Below, piece by piece: positions 37,530-47,686 of a DNA stretch of 64,000 bases. The stretch spans positions 152,879 through 216,878 of the forward strand of contig JAJUJL010000002.1 in assembly GCA_029265355.1 (NCBI GenBank). The letters run 5' to 3'. Both the position numbers and the translations under genes were made by a program. The notes under the pieces were generated by a model that worked only from the letters and a program-made list of their open reading frames with translations, was not told the origin of the DNA and searched no databases. The first letter of the stretch is position 1. Every line of letters starts with the position of its first letter. This stretch comes from Chloroflexota bacterium (GTDB taxonomy: Bacteria > Chloroflexota > Anaerolineae > Anaerolineales > UBA4823).

Positions 37530-40061
37530 TCATTGGGAGGCAGTTTGTAGGATCCATATACCATCTTTCTCGAAGACGGATTGAAAGGCTTTGCTCTCCA
37601 ACAGCAGCTTTGGGGAGAAAACGCCCCCGCGCCGGCCAAGAACCAAATAACGTATCCCTTGCGTGCGCATCAGCTCACTCAGCGCTATTGGGTTTTGCGC
37701 CTGGTCGATAAATTGTTGGATTTCCCGGTTGAGCTTTTCGATCTCAGCGCTTGAATTTCCTAAGCCATAGAGAACCGGGGGTGGAATGGTACGCCTGCCC
37801 GCCAGAGCAGAAAGCCAATATGCCCCGTCCTGACCGGCGTAGGTGCCATAGCCCCAGGCGAACGGATTGATCAGTATCGTCTCATCGGGCTGGGTGTGCT
37901 CGGCAACCCATCGGATGGCCAGAGCATCTTCCCGGTGATAAAGAACCGTGACCTGATTCAGCAATGGCACCAAAGATTTCGCCGTGTAAGCGCTCAAGGT
38001 AAAAGCGCCAGCGAAGAGAAGCAGGACGTAGAAAGGTTTTGCCCTGCTGGGGAGCAGGGCTCGCAGCCTGGCATCGATCCCACTGATCAATAATCCGGCG
38101 GCGAGTGCGGTTGGCATGAACAGAGTAATGGTGACCGAGGCGTCATTGATCAAGCCACCTCCGGGGAGGCCTAAGGCATCCAAATTTGCCAGGAATAGCA
38201 TCAATGCCACCCAAAGAGGCAAGGAGAAAGAAGCTGCCTGGCGCCTGATCAAACCCACGGCCAAGCCCAGAGCAGCGATGCGCAACGCTAACATCCCCTG
38301 GGCCGCGGTCAGGTAGCTCCAGGTGAAGTCACTGAATGGGCGGACTGGGCTGCCGCGCCAGGCTTGAAGCTTTGGCACCAGCAGGTCTGCCACTGCGGGC
38401 AGAAACCAGGGTAGCGCCAGCAACAAGCCTGCGAAAGCAGATGCGCACAGAGCAAGCCATGTAGGCCGTGCCGCCTGGCGAATATTTGCCAGTTCCAATT
38501 TGATCGGGCGAAGTTGCAAATGGGAGAGGGAGAGCAGCCAGCAGAGCCAGTGAGCAACCAGCAATGCTGCCAGGAAGATGGCGACCCGGTAGTGGGTGAT
38601 AAACAGACCAGCGCAGGCCAGGCCAATACTGGCAGAAAAGGAAAGCGACAGGCGTTTTGGTTTGGGTGAACGGGCAATATGCTCTGTCCAGGTGAAAAAC
38701 AATGCCGAAGCGGTGGCCAACATGATCAACCCTGCCAGGTGAGGATATCTGCCCCAACTGGTGTAGTAAGCGGGCATGGGTGTAAAGAAGCCCGTCACCA
38801 GGGCAGCAGCCAGCCCTACCAGGCGCTCTTTCGTCATTGCAACACCCAGCAGGTAAACAACGAGCACAACCATAGCATTGATCACCTGGCCGAAAATGAG
38901 CATCCCTTTCAGAAGATCCAACCCGCTCACCCACAAAAAAATGGCCAGAACTGCATGAAATCCAGGGTGGTAAGCCGTGGATGCAATATCCAGGTAAGGG
39001 GCATAGCTTTGAGGAAACGAACCGTTCTCCATGATGAGACGGGTGATTAGCCCATGGTGCACGGAGTCTACCCAGGGCGGCGCCTCGATATTGCGAATCA
39101 TCAAGAAACGCACGATAAGACTACCCAAGACAATGATCGCCAGCAAGAGAGTCGTCCAATAGGCAGAAGGGCCAGATATCGCTATCTTCTCGGAGGGGGC
39201 AGGGTTGAGGCGCGCCTTGCGCGTATAAATTATCGCAGCCAGGGTGATCAACACAAGGAACGAGAGCATCGTCGCCCGGTCCCAGCTCAGGCCTGCCTGG
39301 CTTGTCCAGACCATCAACACGGGGAAGAAGGCCAGGCTCAAGCCAAAACAGATTGCGATGATTTCTGGAAGCTCGAAGTTGTGGTGCAGGCGCAGTAAAA
39401 CCATCATGCTCCATCCCGGAATGAAGAGCACTGCGACCAGTGGAAAAATTAACCACAATTGCGGAATTGCCCCTCTTACGTCGTCCAGGAAGGTGTTCAA
39501 TCCATAGAAATATGCCGTACGGAATCCGGCGTCTCCGGGCAACTGAGCTCCCGACAAAAATGACTCCCCGTAAGGGGAATGATCTGCAGGGCCGCCGTAG
39601 ATCTCCAATTCGCCGGCTTCGATCGAGACTACCAAGCGGTAGGTTTTACCACTCGATTGTTCCTGGACCGGTATTTTGATGTTGAAAGGCACACTGTTTG
39701 TCGAAGGTGGCAGGGATAAACGCAGCGAGGTGAGCCTTTGATCGGCTTCATACAGTTCGATGTTCAGCGAAAGGGAAGCGCTATCGGCAGTCGAACCAGC
39801 CAGGTAGAGCGTGATCAGCGACAAGCCTGGTCGGCGGGGGTGCAAAGTTTGCTCAAAGCGCTCTCCAGGTTGTATACTGGCAATTACGGTGCGGTACTGT
39901 TCCTGGGATACTTCCGGATCATCCAGCGTCACGCAGCCAGACAGGAGTACGGGTACCAGGAGCAGCGTTAGCCAAAAATTTCGACGAAAAAAAAACCGCG
40001 CAGTGCGCCGATCTCGATGAGTGAGGCGCACTGCGCAGCCTTGCAGGTCAGTATTTCCCAT
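37530..40061 (-). CDS. Large polytopic membrane protein, putative GT-C-fold glycosyltransferase
   Basis: Lipobox-like LLSGC, an extracytoplasmic beta domain and more than 12 TMs; WVDSVHH, YHPGFH and WGRYP; C-terminal AIRWV..HT / YWL domain. Confidence 0.6.
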   Translation of the reverse strand: MGNTDLQGCAVRLTHRDRRTARFFFRRNFWLTLLLVPVLLSGCVTLDDPEVSQEQYRTVIASIQPGERFEQTLHPRRPGLSLITLYLAGSTADSASLSLNIELYEADQRLTSLRLSLPPSTNSVPFNIKIPVQEQSSGKTYRLVVSIEAGELEIYGGPADHSPYGESFLSGAQLPGDAGFRTAYFYGLNTFLDDVRGAIPQLWLIFPLVAVLFIPGWSMMVLLRLHHNFELPEIIAICFGLSLAFFPVLMVWTSQAGLSWDRATMLSFLVLITLAAIIYTRKARLNPAPSEKIAISGPSAYWTTLLLAIIVLGSLIVRFLMIRNIEAPPWVDSVHHGLITRLIMENGSFPQSYAPYLDIASTAYHPGFHAVLAIFLWVSGLDLLKGMLIFGQVINAMVVLVVYLLGVAMTKERLVGLAAALVTGFFTPMPAYYTSWGRYPHLAGLIMLATASALFFTWTEHIARSPKPKRLSLSFSASIGLACAGLFITHYRVAIFLAALLVAHWLCWLLSLSHLQLRPIKLELANIRQAARPTWLALCASAFAGLLLALPWFLPAVADLLVPKLQAWRGSPVRPFSDFTWSYLTAAQGMLALRIAALGLAVGLIRRQAASFSLPLWVALMLFLANLDALGLPGGGLINDASVTITLFMPTALAAGLLISGIDARLRALLPSRAKPFYVLLLFAGAFTLSAYTAKSLVPLLNQVTVLYHREDALAIRWVAEHTQPDETILINPFAWGYGTYAGQDGAYWLSALAGRRTIPPPVLYGLGNSSAEIEKLNREIQQFIDQAQNPIALSELMRTQGIRYLVLGRRGGVFSPKLLLESKAFQSVFEKDGIWILQTASQ

Positions 40062-41143
40062 TTCCCACGTTGGCTCTCAGGTAGGCTTCGATGAATTCAT
40101 CAATCTGACCATCGAGAACAGCCTGGATGTTGCCAGTTTCATAGTCTGTGCGGTGATCCTTGACCATCTGATAGGGGTGCAGAACATAGGAACGTATCTG
40201 GCTGCCCCATTCAACTTTCTGGAATTCACCTCTTAAGATTGCCAACTGTTGCTCTTGTTCCTGTTGACGCATTTCCATCAAGCGGGCTTTCAGGACGCGA
40301 AGTGCATTTTCCCGATTTTGCGTTTGGGAGCGCTCATTTTGGCAGGTGACTACCAATCCAGTCGGAAGATGCGTGATGCGTACTGCGGTATCATTCTTCT
40401 GCACATTTTGCCCGCCAGCACCAGCAGAGCGGAAAGTATCGATGCGCAGATCATTGGGGTTGATCACGATCTCATCATCACTCTCTACCTGGGGGAGGAC
40501 CTCAACCAGTGCAAAAGATGTGTGGCGACGATGAGCAGCATCAAACGGAGAGAGGCGGACCAGGCGGTGAACACCTTTCTCTGGACGTAGGTAGCCATAA
40601 GCGTATTCGCCATTTACTGCGATCGTGACGCTTTTGATACCAGCTTCTTCACCCTCGCTCAGGTCCAACACTTCAGTTTCGAAAGCGTGAGATTCCGCCC
40701 AGCGTAAATACATCCGTTGCAGCATCTGCGCCCAATCTTGAGAGTCGGTACCCCCGGCGCCGGCATGAATGGCAAGCAGGGCATCGCTGCGATCATGCTT
40801 GCCAGACATCATGGCAAAAAACTCGCGGTTAGCCACTTCTTTTTCAATTGCCAGGGTTTCTTTTTCCAGCTCGGGGAGCAATGTTTCATCCTCTAATTGA
40901 GCTAATTCTAGAGAATCCTGGATGCGCTGTCGCAACATCGTCCAACTTCCCACCTCGTTGCGAAGCCGTGATAATTGCTTCATCACCTTTTGAGCCGACT
41001 CGGGATCACTCCAGAATTCGGGTTGCTCGGATTGTTGTTGAAGTTCTAAGAGCTGCGTTTCCTTCTGCGGTAAGTCAAAGACGCTCCAGAAGGTGGTAAA
41101 TTTTTTCTTCGCAGTTGCGCAGGCGATCAATCAGTTCCTGCAT
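40048..41143 (-). CDS. prfB: Peptide chain release factor 2 with a programmed +1 frameshift
   Basis: ATG 41143 reads MQELIDRLRNCEEKIYHLLERL to CTT-TGA-C (41080-41074); the +1 frame continues DLPQKE...; SPF and GGQ motifs present. Confidence 0.96.
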
Positions 41144-41323
41144 TGAAAACACTCCTAAATTATGCGATCGCAAATTCGCAGGGTTATCCCGTCGGTGTGT
41201 GCATGCCCACATTTTCATTGGAAAATGGGATCACCATCGAGAGATGTACTTTACCGGATTTTCATTGGGCTGTCAACCGCTGCTCTGAGGTTCAGACAAT
41301 GGTTCGGACAATTAGGATTAAGC

Positions 41324-41400
41324 TGTCATCGCGAGCGATAGCGAAGCGATCTTCGCGATCATTCAGGGGATTGCCACGCACCTGCGGGGCTTGCAATGAC
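41324..41400. repeat. GTCATTGCGAG...CTCGCAATGAC-type palindromic repeat (degenerate)
   Basis: TGTCATCGCGAGC...GCGAAGCGATC...GATTGCCACGC...GCTTGCAATGAC nested inverted repeats. Confidence 0.65.
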
Positions 41401-41511
41401 CCGTGAAATGGAGGTTGTCCAAACATTCGTCCGAAGGTGAGCTGCTCACGGGGTCGCGAGGGAATTCAAGACTCGCACGTATCTCCCACTTCTCCGGGTT
41501 GGCAGGTCGTT

Positions 41512-42069
41512 TCAGACTGGTGAGCGCAGCAGGCTGCTCAGGCGAGAATTGCGAAACTTGGCCACTTTTGGCGCGATGACTGCCCTGCAATAACCCTGGT
41601 AGGGATTACGTTGGAAATAGCGTTGGTGGTATTCCTCAGCCGGGTAGAAAGCGTCCAATGGCTCGATTTGTGTCACGATAGGACCATGCCAGATGCCAGC
41701 AGCAGCGATCTCGTTCATCACCTCTCGAGCGATGGTCTCCTGGGTGGGGTTATGCGTAAAGATGATGGAACGGTATTGTGTCCCGACATCTGCCCCTTGA
41801 CGGTTCAGAGTGGTTGGATCATGAATGCTAAAGAAGACCTCGACCAATTGTCGGTAGGTGATTTGCTGGGGGTCGAACTTAATCTGCACCACTTCGGCAT
41901 GCCCAGTCGTTCCGGTGCACACTTGTTGGTATGTGGGGTGTGGGGTGTGTCCACCTGCATATCCAGACGTTACGGAGATCACCCCGCGCAGATCAAGGTA
42001 AATCGCTTCCAGGCACCAAAAACAGCCGCCCCCAAAAGTGGCAAGTTCATCATTTGTCATGTCGTTCAT
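41512..42069 (-). CDS. msrA: Peptide-methionine (S)-S-oxide reductase
   Basis: [32 protein letters not shown] and AEEYHQRY. Confidence 0.96.
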   Translation of the reverse strand: MNDMTNDELATFGGGCFWCLEAIYLDLRGVISVTSGYAGGHTPHPTYQQVCTGTTGHAEVVQIKFDPQQITYRQLVEVFFSIHDPTTLNRQGADVGTQYRSIIFTHNPTQETIAREVMNEIAAAGIWHGPIVTQIEPLDAFYPAEEYHQRYFQRNPYQGYCRAVIAPKVAKFRNSRLSSLLRSPV

Positions 42070-42109
42070 TGACCTTACCTTTACCAACACTAAATGGTGA
42101 AACGATAAA

Positions 42110-43021
42110 TCAGTTCTCTCCCAAAATGCCCCTCAGGAAAGCATCCGGGTCAAAGGGTTGCAGATCGTCGGGTTTCTCACCCAAACCTGCAAATAAGATG
42201 GGCAAGCCGAGCTCGCGCTGAATGGCGAATGCCATGCCGCCGCGAGCGGACGAATCGAGCTTAGCAAGTATAACGCCATTCACCTGCACGGCATCCCTAA
42301 AGGCCTTCGCCTGCTGCAAGGCGTTTTGACCTGTCGTGGCATCCATGACGAGCCAAACGGCGTGAGGAGCGCCAGGCATCGCTTTGCTGACCACGCGGTA
42401 GACTTTTTTGAGTTCTTCCATCAGGTTGAAGCGAGTGTGCAACCTTCCAGCAGTGTCGATCAGCACCACATCCATTTTGCGGGCGATCGCTGCCTGCACA
42501 GCATCATAAGCCACGGCGCCTGCATCGCCGCCCATTTGGCCGGCAATGATCGGTAGGTCGAGCCGCTCTGCCCATATCTGAAGTTGATCCACAGCTGCGG
42601 CCCGAAATGTGTCGGCAGCTCCCAGGAGGACTTTTTTCCCCTGGTCGCGAAAGCGTTTGCCCAACTTGGCGATGCTGGTGGTTTTTCCGGAACCATTCAC
42701 ACCCACAATCAGGATCACCGTGGGCTGGGCATCGAGCCGAACAGCGGGTGGGGGAGGCAGTCGTTTGCGCAACTCTTCTCGAAAAGCGGAGCGCAATTGA
42801 TTGGCGCGGGTCATGCCCTCTTTTTCTTCACGCGCCCAGAGCGCTGCCAGGATTTCTTCGCTGGTTTCGACGCCCAGGTCAGCCTGGATCATCAGGGCCT
42901 CCAGCTCCTCGAATGTCTCATCCGTGATGTCCGAGCCACCGAAAAGGCTGGTAATTTGTCCAAAAGCGGATTTGCTGGTCTTCGCCAGCCCTTCTTTCCA
43001 TTTTGTAAAAAGGTTTGTCAT
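42110..43021 (-). CDS. ftsY: SRP receptor FtsY
   Basis: [21 protein letters not shown] and KLDSSARGG. Confidence 0.96.
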   Translation of the reverse strand: MTNLFTKWKEGLAKTSKSAFGQITSLFGGSDITDETFEELEALMIQADLGVETSEEILAALWAREEKEGMTRANQLRSAFREELRKRLPPPPAVRLDAQPTVILIVGVNGSGKTTSIAKLGKRFRDQGKKVLLGAADTFRAAAVDQLQIWAERLDLPIIAGQMGGDAGAVAYDAVQAAIARKMDVVLIDTAGRLHTRFNLMEELKKVYRVVSKAMPGAPHAVWLVMDATTGQNALQQAKAFRDAVQVNGVILAKLDSSARGGMAFAIQRELGLPILFAGLGEKPDDLQPFDPDAFLRGILGEN

Positions 43022-43092
43022 GCAGCCAATTATACCTGGATTGCCGGGCAGACAACTTTGTGAAGCGAAGATTTGCGTTTATAATCTCTGGC

Positions 43093-43572
43093 ATGGCTGA
43101 GAAACTCTCACATATTGATGATGGCGGAAACGCTTTTATGGTGGATGTTGGCGCGAAGAAGGACACGGAACGGGTGGCGGTCGCCCGCGGAGAAGTGTCC
43201 ATGCGGATGGATACACTGGCTCTCATCCGGGCGGGAGCGATGAAAAAAGGGGATGTCCTTACTGTGGCAAAGCTGGCGGGTATTATGGCTGCCAAGCGCA
43301 CTGCAGAGCTGATCCCTCTGTGTCATCCCTTGGCGCTGACGCAGATACAAGTGGATCTGCAGCTTGACGAAAGCTTGCCCGGGATACAGATACAGGCAAC
43401 GGTGAGCACGGTCGGAAAAACCGGTGTGGAGATGGAAGCGCTGACGGCGGTTTCTGTGGCGGCATTGACTATCTACGATATGGCAAAAGCGGCTGAGAAG
43501 ACGATGCGCATCCAAAATATCCGCCTGGTGGAAAAGCATGGCGGCCGCAGCGGCGATGTTGTATTGGAGTGA
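43093..43572 (+). CDS. moaC: Cyclic pyranopterin monophosphate synthase
   Basis: [24 protein letters not shown] and IYDMAKA. Confidence 0.96.
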   Translation: MAEKLSHIDDGGNAFMVDVGAKKDTERVAVARGEVSMRMDTLALIRAGAMKKGDVLTVAKLAGIMAAKRTAELIPLCHPLALTQIQVDLQLDESLPGIQIQATVSTVGKTGVEMEALTAVSVAALTIYDMAKAAEKTMRIQNIRLVEKHGGRSGDVVLE

Positions 43573-43612
43573 GCCTGGGACAAAGCGATACACGATCAAC
43601 ACAGGTTCTTTT

Positions 43613-44317
43613 ATGGAAATCACACTGCTATTTTTTGCAACGTTGAAGGAACGGGCTGGTAAAACCCGGGATACGATACAGGTGCCTGAAGGTATGCGCG
43701 TGGGTGAGCTGAAAGCGGTTCTGGAAAAACGTTATCCTGCCTTAAAGGATTCGCTGCCCACGGCGCTTGTGGCTGTGAATCGGGAGTTTGCTTTCGACAA
43801 CGATCTGATTCCAGACCACGCCGACGTGGCGCTGTTCCCACCGGTCTCTGGCGGCGCAGGCGAGTTTCCAACCGTGTTCGCTATCACCGACGAGCCATTG
43901 GACCTGGACCAGCTCTTGCGGGCCATCACACTTCCTAGCACCGGCGCAGCTTGCATTTTTGCCGGTATGGTGAGGGGCGTTACGCATCGAGGAGAGCGGC
44001 ATGAAACCCTTTATCTGGAATACGAGGCCTATAAACCGATGGCGGAAGCGAAGATGAAGCAGGTAGCCGATGAAATTCGTCAAAGGTGGCCTACGGTGGA
44101 AGGGATTTCGATTGTCCAGCGCATCGGTCATTTGGAGCCTGGCACACCGACAGTGCTGATTGCCTGCACCGCCGCCCACCGCGACACGGGTGTATTTGAG
44201 GCGGCCCGGTATGGAATCGATCGGTTGAAAGAAATCGTCCCTGTCTGGAAGAAGGAAGTCGGTCCCGATGGGCAGTCCTGGGTGGAAGGAGACTATTTCC
44301 CCACCGAGCAGGATTGA
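43613..44317 (+). CDS. Fused molybdopterin synthase MoaD-MoaE (MoaX-like)
   Basis: LFFA...VAVN...ALFPPVSGG followed directly by MoaE (LEYEAY, HR, LKEIVPVWKKE). Confidence 0.92.
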   Translation: MEITLLFFATLKERAGKTRDTIQVPEGMRVGELKAVLEKRYPALKDSLPTALVAVNREFAFDNDLIPDHADVALFPPVSGGAGEFPTVFAITDEPLDLDQLLRAITLPSTGAACIFAGMVRGVTHRGERHETLYLEYEAYKPMAEAKMKQVADEIRQRWPTVEGISIVQRIGHLEPGTPTVLIACTAAHRDTGVFEAARYGIDRLKEIVPVWKKEVGPDGQSWVEGDYFPTEQD

Positions 44318-44347
44318 ACGCCGCTGAAATAGAGATATTCTTTGAAG

Positions 44348-45451
44348 ATGTTTGCCTGTACCAATTGCCGGCTTCCTTATCCAGAAATAGGCGCTCCATA
44401 TCGTTGCCCACGCTGCAGCGCTCCATTTGGTTTGCAAGGTGAGATCCAGGTGAAGCGAGAAGAATTGGACAACGAGCAACCTGGTATCTGGCGTTATCGG
44501 AATACATTTGGTCTGCCGCAAGGGGCGAAACCTGTCAGCCTGGGTGAGGGGGATACACCGCTGGTGTGGGCAGATGTGCTAGGAACGCAAGTGGCGTTCA
44601 AATGTGAGTATCTCAACCCGACAGGTTCGTTCAAAGATCGCGGCAGCGCCGTGCTCACCGCCCACTTGTTTTCGCGCGGAGTGAAGACGCTCTTGGAAGA
44701 TTCTTCGGGCAATGCCGGGGCATCTTTGGCAGCTTATGCAGCGCGCGCTGGTCTCCAGGCGCGCATCTTTGTGCCAGACTCAGCCTCCGGTCCGAAGCGG
44801 AACCAGATCCAGGCTTATGGGGCCGAAGTCATCCGTATCATGGGGCCCCGCTCGAATGCCGGCGAGGCGGTCGTGCGCGCTCTCCAAAAAGATGACTCTC
44901 AGGTGACCGCCTATGCCAGCCACGCCTACCTGCCATTCAACTTGCCTGGATATGCTACGCTGGCGTATGAGCTGGTCGAACAACTTGGCGAGTCGCCAGG
45001 GACGCTGGTGCTTCCGGTCGGTCAGGGAGGGCTATTGTTGGGAGCGACCTATGGCTTCCAGGCGTTGATCAAGTCGGGGGCGATCAGCCATTTACCGCGC
45101 TTGATCGGGGTGCAATCAAGCGCTTGCGCGCCTCTCTGGGCCTTACATGCTTATGGACCAGCGGGTTTGGGTTGGGTAGCAGAAGCCACCACGCTGGCTG
45201 AAGGGATTCGCGTTCGCAGCCCGGTGCGCGGTGATGCTGTGCTTGAGGCAGTCTCACGATCGCAGGGGACAATGATGGCTGTGGATGAGGAGAAAATCCT
45301 GGATGGGCGTAACCAGTTGGCACTGAGGGGGTTTTATGTCGAGCCAACCAGCGCTGTGGTTTGGGAGGCGCTGGTTCAGCTCGTTGGACGCACGCCAGAG
45401 CCAATTGTCGCAGTTCTGACTGGCTCGGGTTTGAAGTATGGGCAGGTTTAG
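44348..45451 (+). CDS. Threonine synthase-like PLP enzyme with an N-terminal CxxC...CxxC
   Basis: SLGEGDTPL, NPTGSFKDRG, DSSGNAGAS, PVGQGG, VEPTSA and LTGSGLK. Confidence 0.8.
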   Translation: MFACTNCRLPYPEIGAPYRCPRCSAPFGLQGEIQVKREELDNEQPGIWRYRNTFGLPQGAKPVSLGEGDTPLVWADVLGTQVAFKCEYLNPTGSFKDRGSAVLTAHLFSRGVKTLLEDSSGNAGASLAAYAARAGLQARIFVPDSASGPKRNQIQAYGAEVIRIMGPRSNAGEAVVRALQKDDSQVTAYASHAYLPFNLPGYATLAYELVEQLGESPGTLVLPVGQGGLLLGATYGFQALIKSGAISHLPRLIGVQSSACAPLWALHAYGPAGLGWVAEATTLAEGIRVRSPVRGDAVLEAVSRSQGTMMAVDEEKILDGRNQLALRGFYVEPTSAVVWEALVQLVGRTPEPIVAVLTGSGLKYGQV

Positions 45452-45489
45452 TGTGTGGTGAACTTATCCAATTGAGGAGAGCGGGAGCG

Positions 45490-46728
45490 ATGAGTGAAAG
45501 GATTGTGATCACAGGGGTTGGCGCAGTGTCGCCGTTGGGGTTGAGCGCTTCTGAAAGCTGGCAGAACGCTGTTTCTGGTGTATCGGGCGTGGCGCCGATC
45601 ACGCAATTCGATGCCAGCGACTTTCTGGTGAAGATTGCCGCAGAGGTAAAAGGTTTTGTCCCAGAAAATTTTATGGATGCTCGCGAAGCGCGCCGACGAG
45701 ATCGAGTGGAGCAACTAGCCACGGCTGCCGCAAAAGAGGCCCTCTCCCAGGCTGGTTTGATCGCTGAGGATGTGGATGCAACGCGGGTGGGTGTCGTCCT
45801 CTCCTCTGCGATTGGTGGCATAGGCAGCCTCCAAGAAGGGATCTTCACCCTGAAAGATCACGGGCCGCGCCGCATCAGCCCCTTCCTGATACCGATGATT
45901 ATGTCCAATGGTCCTGCCGGTTTGATAGCTATTGATCATGGCTTTGGCGGACCGTGTTTTTCCGTGGCTTCAGCCTGCGCTTCCGGAGCAGATGGTATCG
46001 GCGTGGCGTGGAATTTGCTCAAGTCCGGAATGATCGATGCGGCAGTCGTTGGCGGCGCAGAGGCAACCATCACTCCGTTGGGTGTGGGTGCATTTGATCG
46101 TTTAGGCGCTATGTCTCGCCGGAATGACGCATACCAAACGACCCCAGCCCCATTCGATAAGAATCGCGATGGATTGGTGATGGGTGAAGGAGCAGCGGTG
46201 TTGGTGATCGAGCGCGAATCGCATGCCCGGGCGCGAGGTGCAGAAATCCTGGCAGAGCTGGCAGGCTATGCGGCCACTGCAGACGCTTATCACATCACCG
46301 CACCGGCCGAGGATGGCGCGGGCGGGGCGCGCGCCATGAAACTCGCCCTGCAAGCCGCGGGTGTCAACCCGGATCAGGTCGATTATATCAACGCACATGG
46401 CACAGCCACGCCCTTGAATGATATCTCTGAAACTCGGGCGATCAAAACTGCATTTGGAGATTTGGCTTATAATATACCGGTATCCTCCACAAAATCGATG
46501 ACCGGCCACATGATGGGTGCAACCGGGGCTCTGGAGGCGGTCTTTTGCGTATTGGCCATCCGAGATGGCATTCTACCGCCGACGATCCACTATGAAACTC
46601 CTGATCCGGATTGTGATCTGGATTATGTGCCCAACCAGGCGCGGCAGAAAACTGTGCGGGTTGCGATCAGCAATGCCTTTGGTTTTGGAGGTCACAACGC
46701 GGTTCTAGTTCTTAAGCAATACCGTTAA
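45490..46728 (+). CDS. fabF: Beta-ketoacyl-ACP synthase II
   Basis: SACASG, YINAHGTATPLND, STKSMTGH and NAFGFGGHN. Confidence 0.96.
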   Translation: MSERIVITGVGAVSPLGLSASESWQNAVSGVSGVAPITQFDASDFLVKIAAEVKGFVPENFMDAREARRRDRVEQLATAAAKEALSQAGLIAEDVDATRVGVVLSSAIGGIGSLQEGIFTLKDHGPRRISPFLIPMIMSNGPAGLIAIDHGFGGPCFSVASACASGADGIGVAWNLLKSGMIDAAVVGGAEATITPLGVGAFDRLGAMSRRNDAYQTTPAPFDKNRDGLVMGEGAAVLVIERESHARARGAEILAELAGYAATADAYHITAPAEDGAGGARAMKLALQAAGVNPDQVDYINAHGTATPLNDISETRAIKTAFGDLAYNIPVSSTKSMTGHMMGATGALEAVFCVLAIRDGILPPTIHYETPDPDCDLDYVPNQARQKTVRVAISNAFGFGGHNAVLVLKQYR

Positions 46729-46736
46729 GTTCTCAT

Positions 46737-46807
46737 CCGAAATTCGGGAGAGGCGGGGTGTTGCGGCGCATAGCGCTGCAACACCTCCACCTCCCAATCA
46801 ATTTCGG
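46737..46807. repeat. REP/MITE-like palindromic element, copy 2
   Basis: CCGAAATT..GGGAGAGGCGGGGTGTTGCGGC-loop-GCTGCAACACCTCCACCTCCC..AATTTCGG. Confidence 0.7.
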
Positions 46808-46922
46808 TAGATACTAAGTGCAATCTGACCAGGCAGGGTTGCTTCAGTCAGAACTCAGGCAGCGCCGGGCTTCTCACAAAGGGGTGGGAGGCCAGGCGGT
46901 CCCTGAGTTTATGGAGGAAAAA

Positions 46923-47639
46923 ATGGAATCAACTCGGGAGACCGGGAGAGTAGAGACTCCCCAAGATTTTGCTGCTAGAGTATCTCTAGAATTTCACGAT
47001 ATTGCCCTGCTGCGCCGGGCGCTGACCCACAGCTCTTATGTCAATGAGTACACGGACGCCGTTGAGGATAATGAGCGCCTTGAATTCCTGGGAGATGCGG
47101 TATTAGACTTCCTGGTGGGGGCCTGGCTCTATAATCATTATCCAGAAATGCGAGAAGGGGAATTGACCCGCATGCGTTCAGCCCTGGTGCGAACAGACCA
47201 GTTGGCGGAATTTGCTCGCCAGATGGAGCTGGGCAATGCGCTGCGATTGGGTCGGGGCGAAGAAGAAGGCGGCGGCAGGACGCGGAATGCGCTGTTATGC
47301 GGAGCCTTTGAAGCCCTGATCGGCGCACTGTACCTGGATCGAGGCGTCGATTATGTCGCTTCATTCATCGAACCCTTGCTGAAACCTGCTGCGGAAAAAA
47401 TCATCCTCGCCAGGCAGGAACAAGATCCCAAGAGTTTATTCCAGGAATGGGCTCAAAGTCTGGGTTATGGTCCGCCTCACTATAGAACGGTATCTGCCAG
47501 CGGACCAGATCATGCCAGGGTTTTCGAGATCGAGGTGTGGGTGAATGGAACACTCTTTGGGCGCGGCAGCGGCCACTCAAAGCAGGCTGCGGCAAAAGCG
47601 GCAGCGCGTGATGCACTGCAGAAAATTGGCCAGCAGTAG
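46923..47639 (+). CDS. rnc: Ribonuclease III
   Basis: ALTHSS, NERLEFLGDAVL, FEALIGALYLD and a dsRBD. GGAGG SD. Confidence 0.97.
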   Translation: MESTRETGRVETPQDFAARVSLEFHDIALLRRALTHSSYVNEYTDAVEDNERLEFLGDAVLDFLVGAWLYNHYPEMREGELTRMRSALVRTDQLAEFARQMELGNALRLGRGEEEGGGRTRNALLCGAFEALIGALYLDRGVDYVASFIEPLLKPAAEKIILARQEQDPKSLFQEWAQSLGYGPPHYRTVSASGPDHARVFEIEVWVNGTLFGRGSGHSKQAAAKAAARDALQKIGQQ

Positions 47640-47686
47640 ATGAGATGGATGACTAGGCTCATTTCGAGCTATGGTGGGTTAACTCA

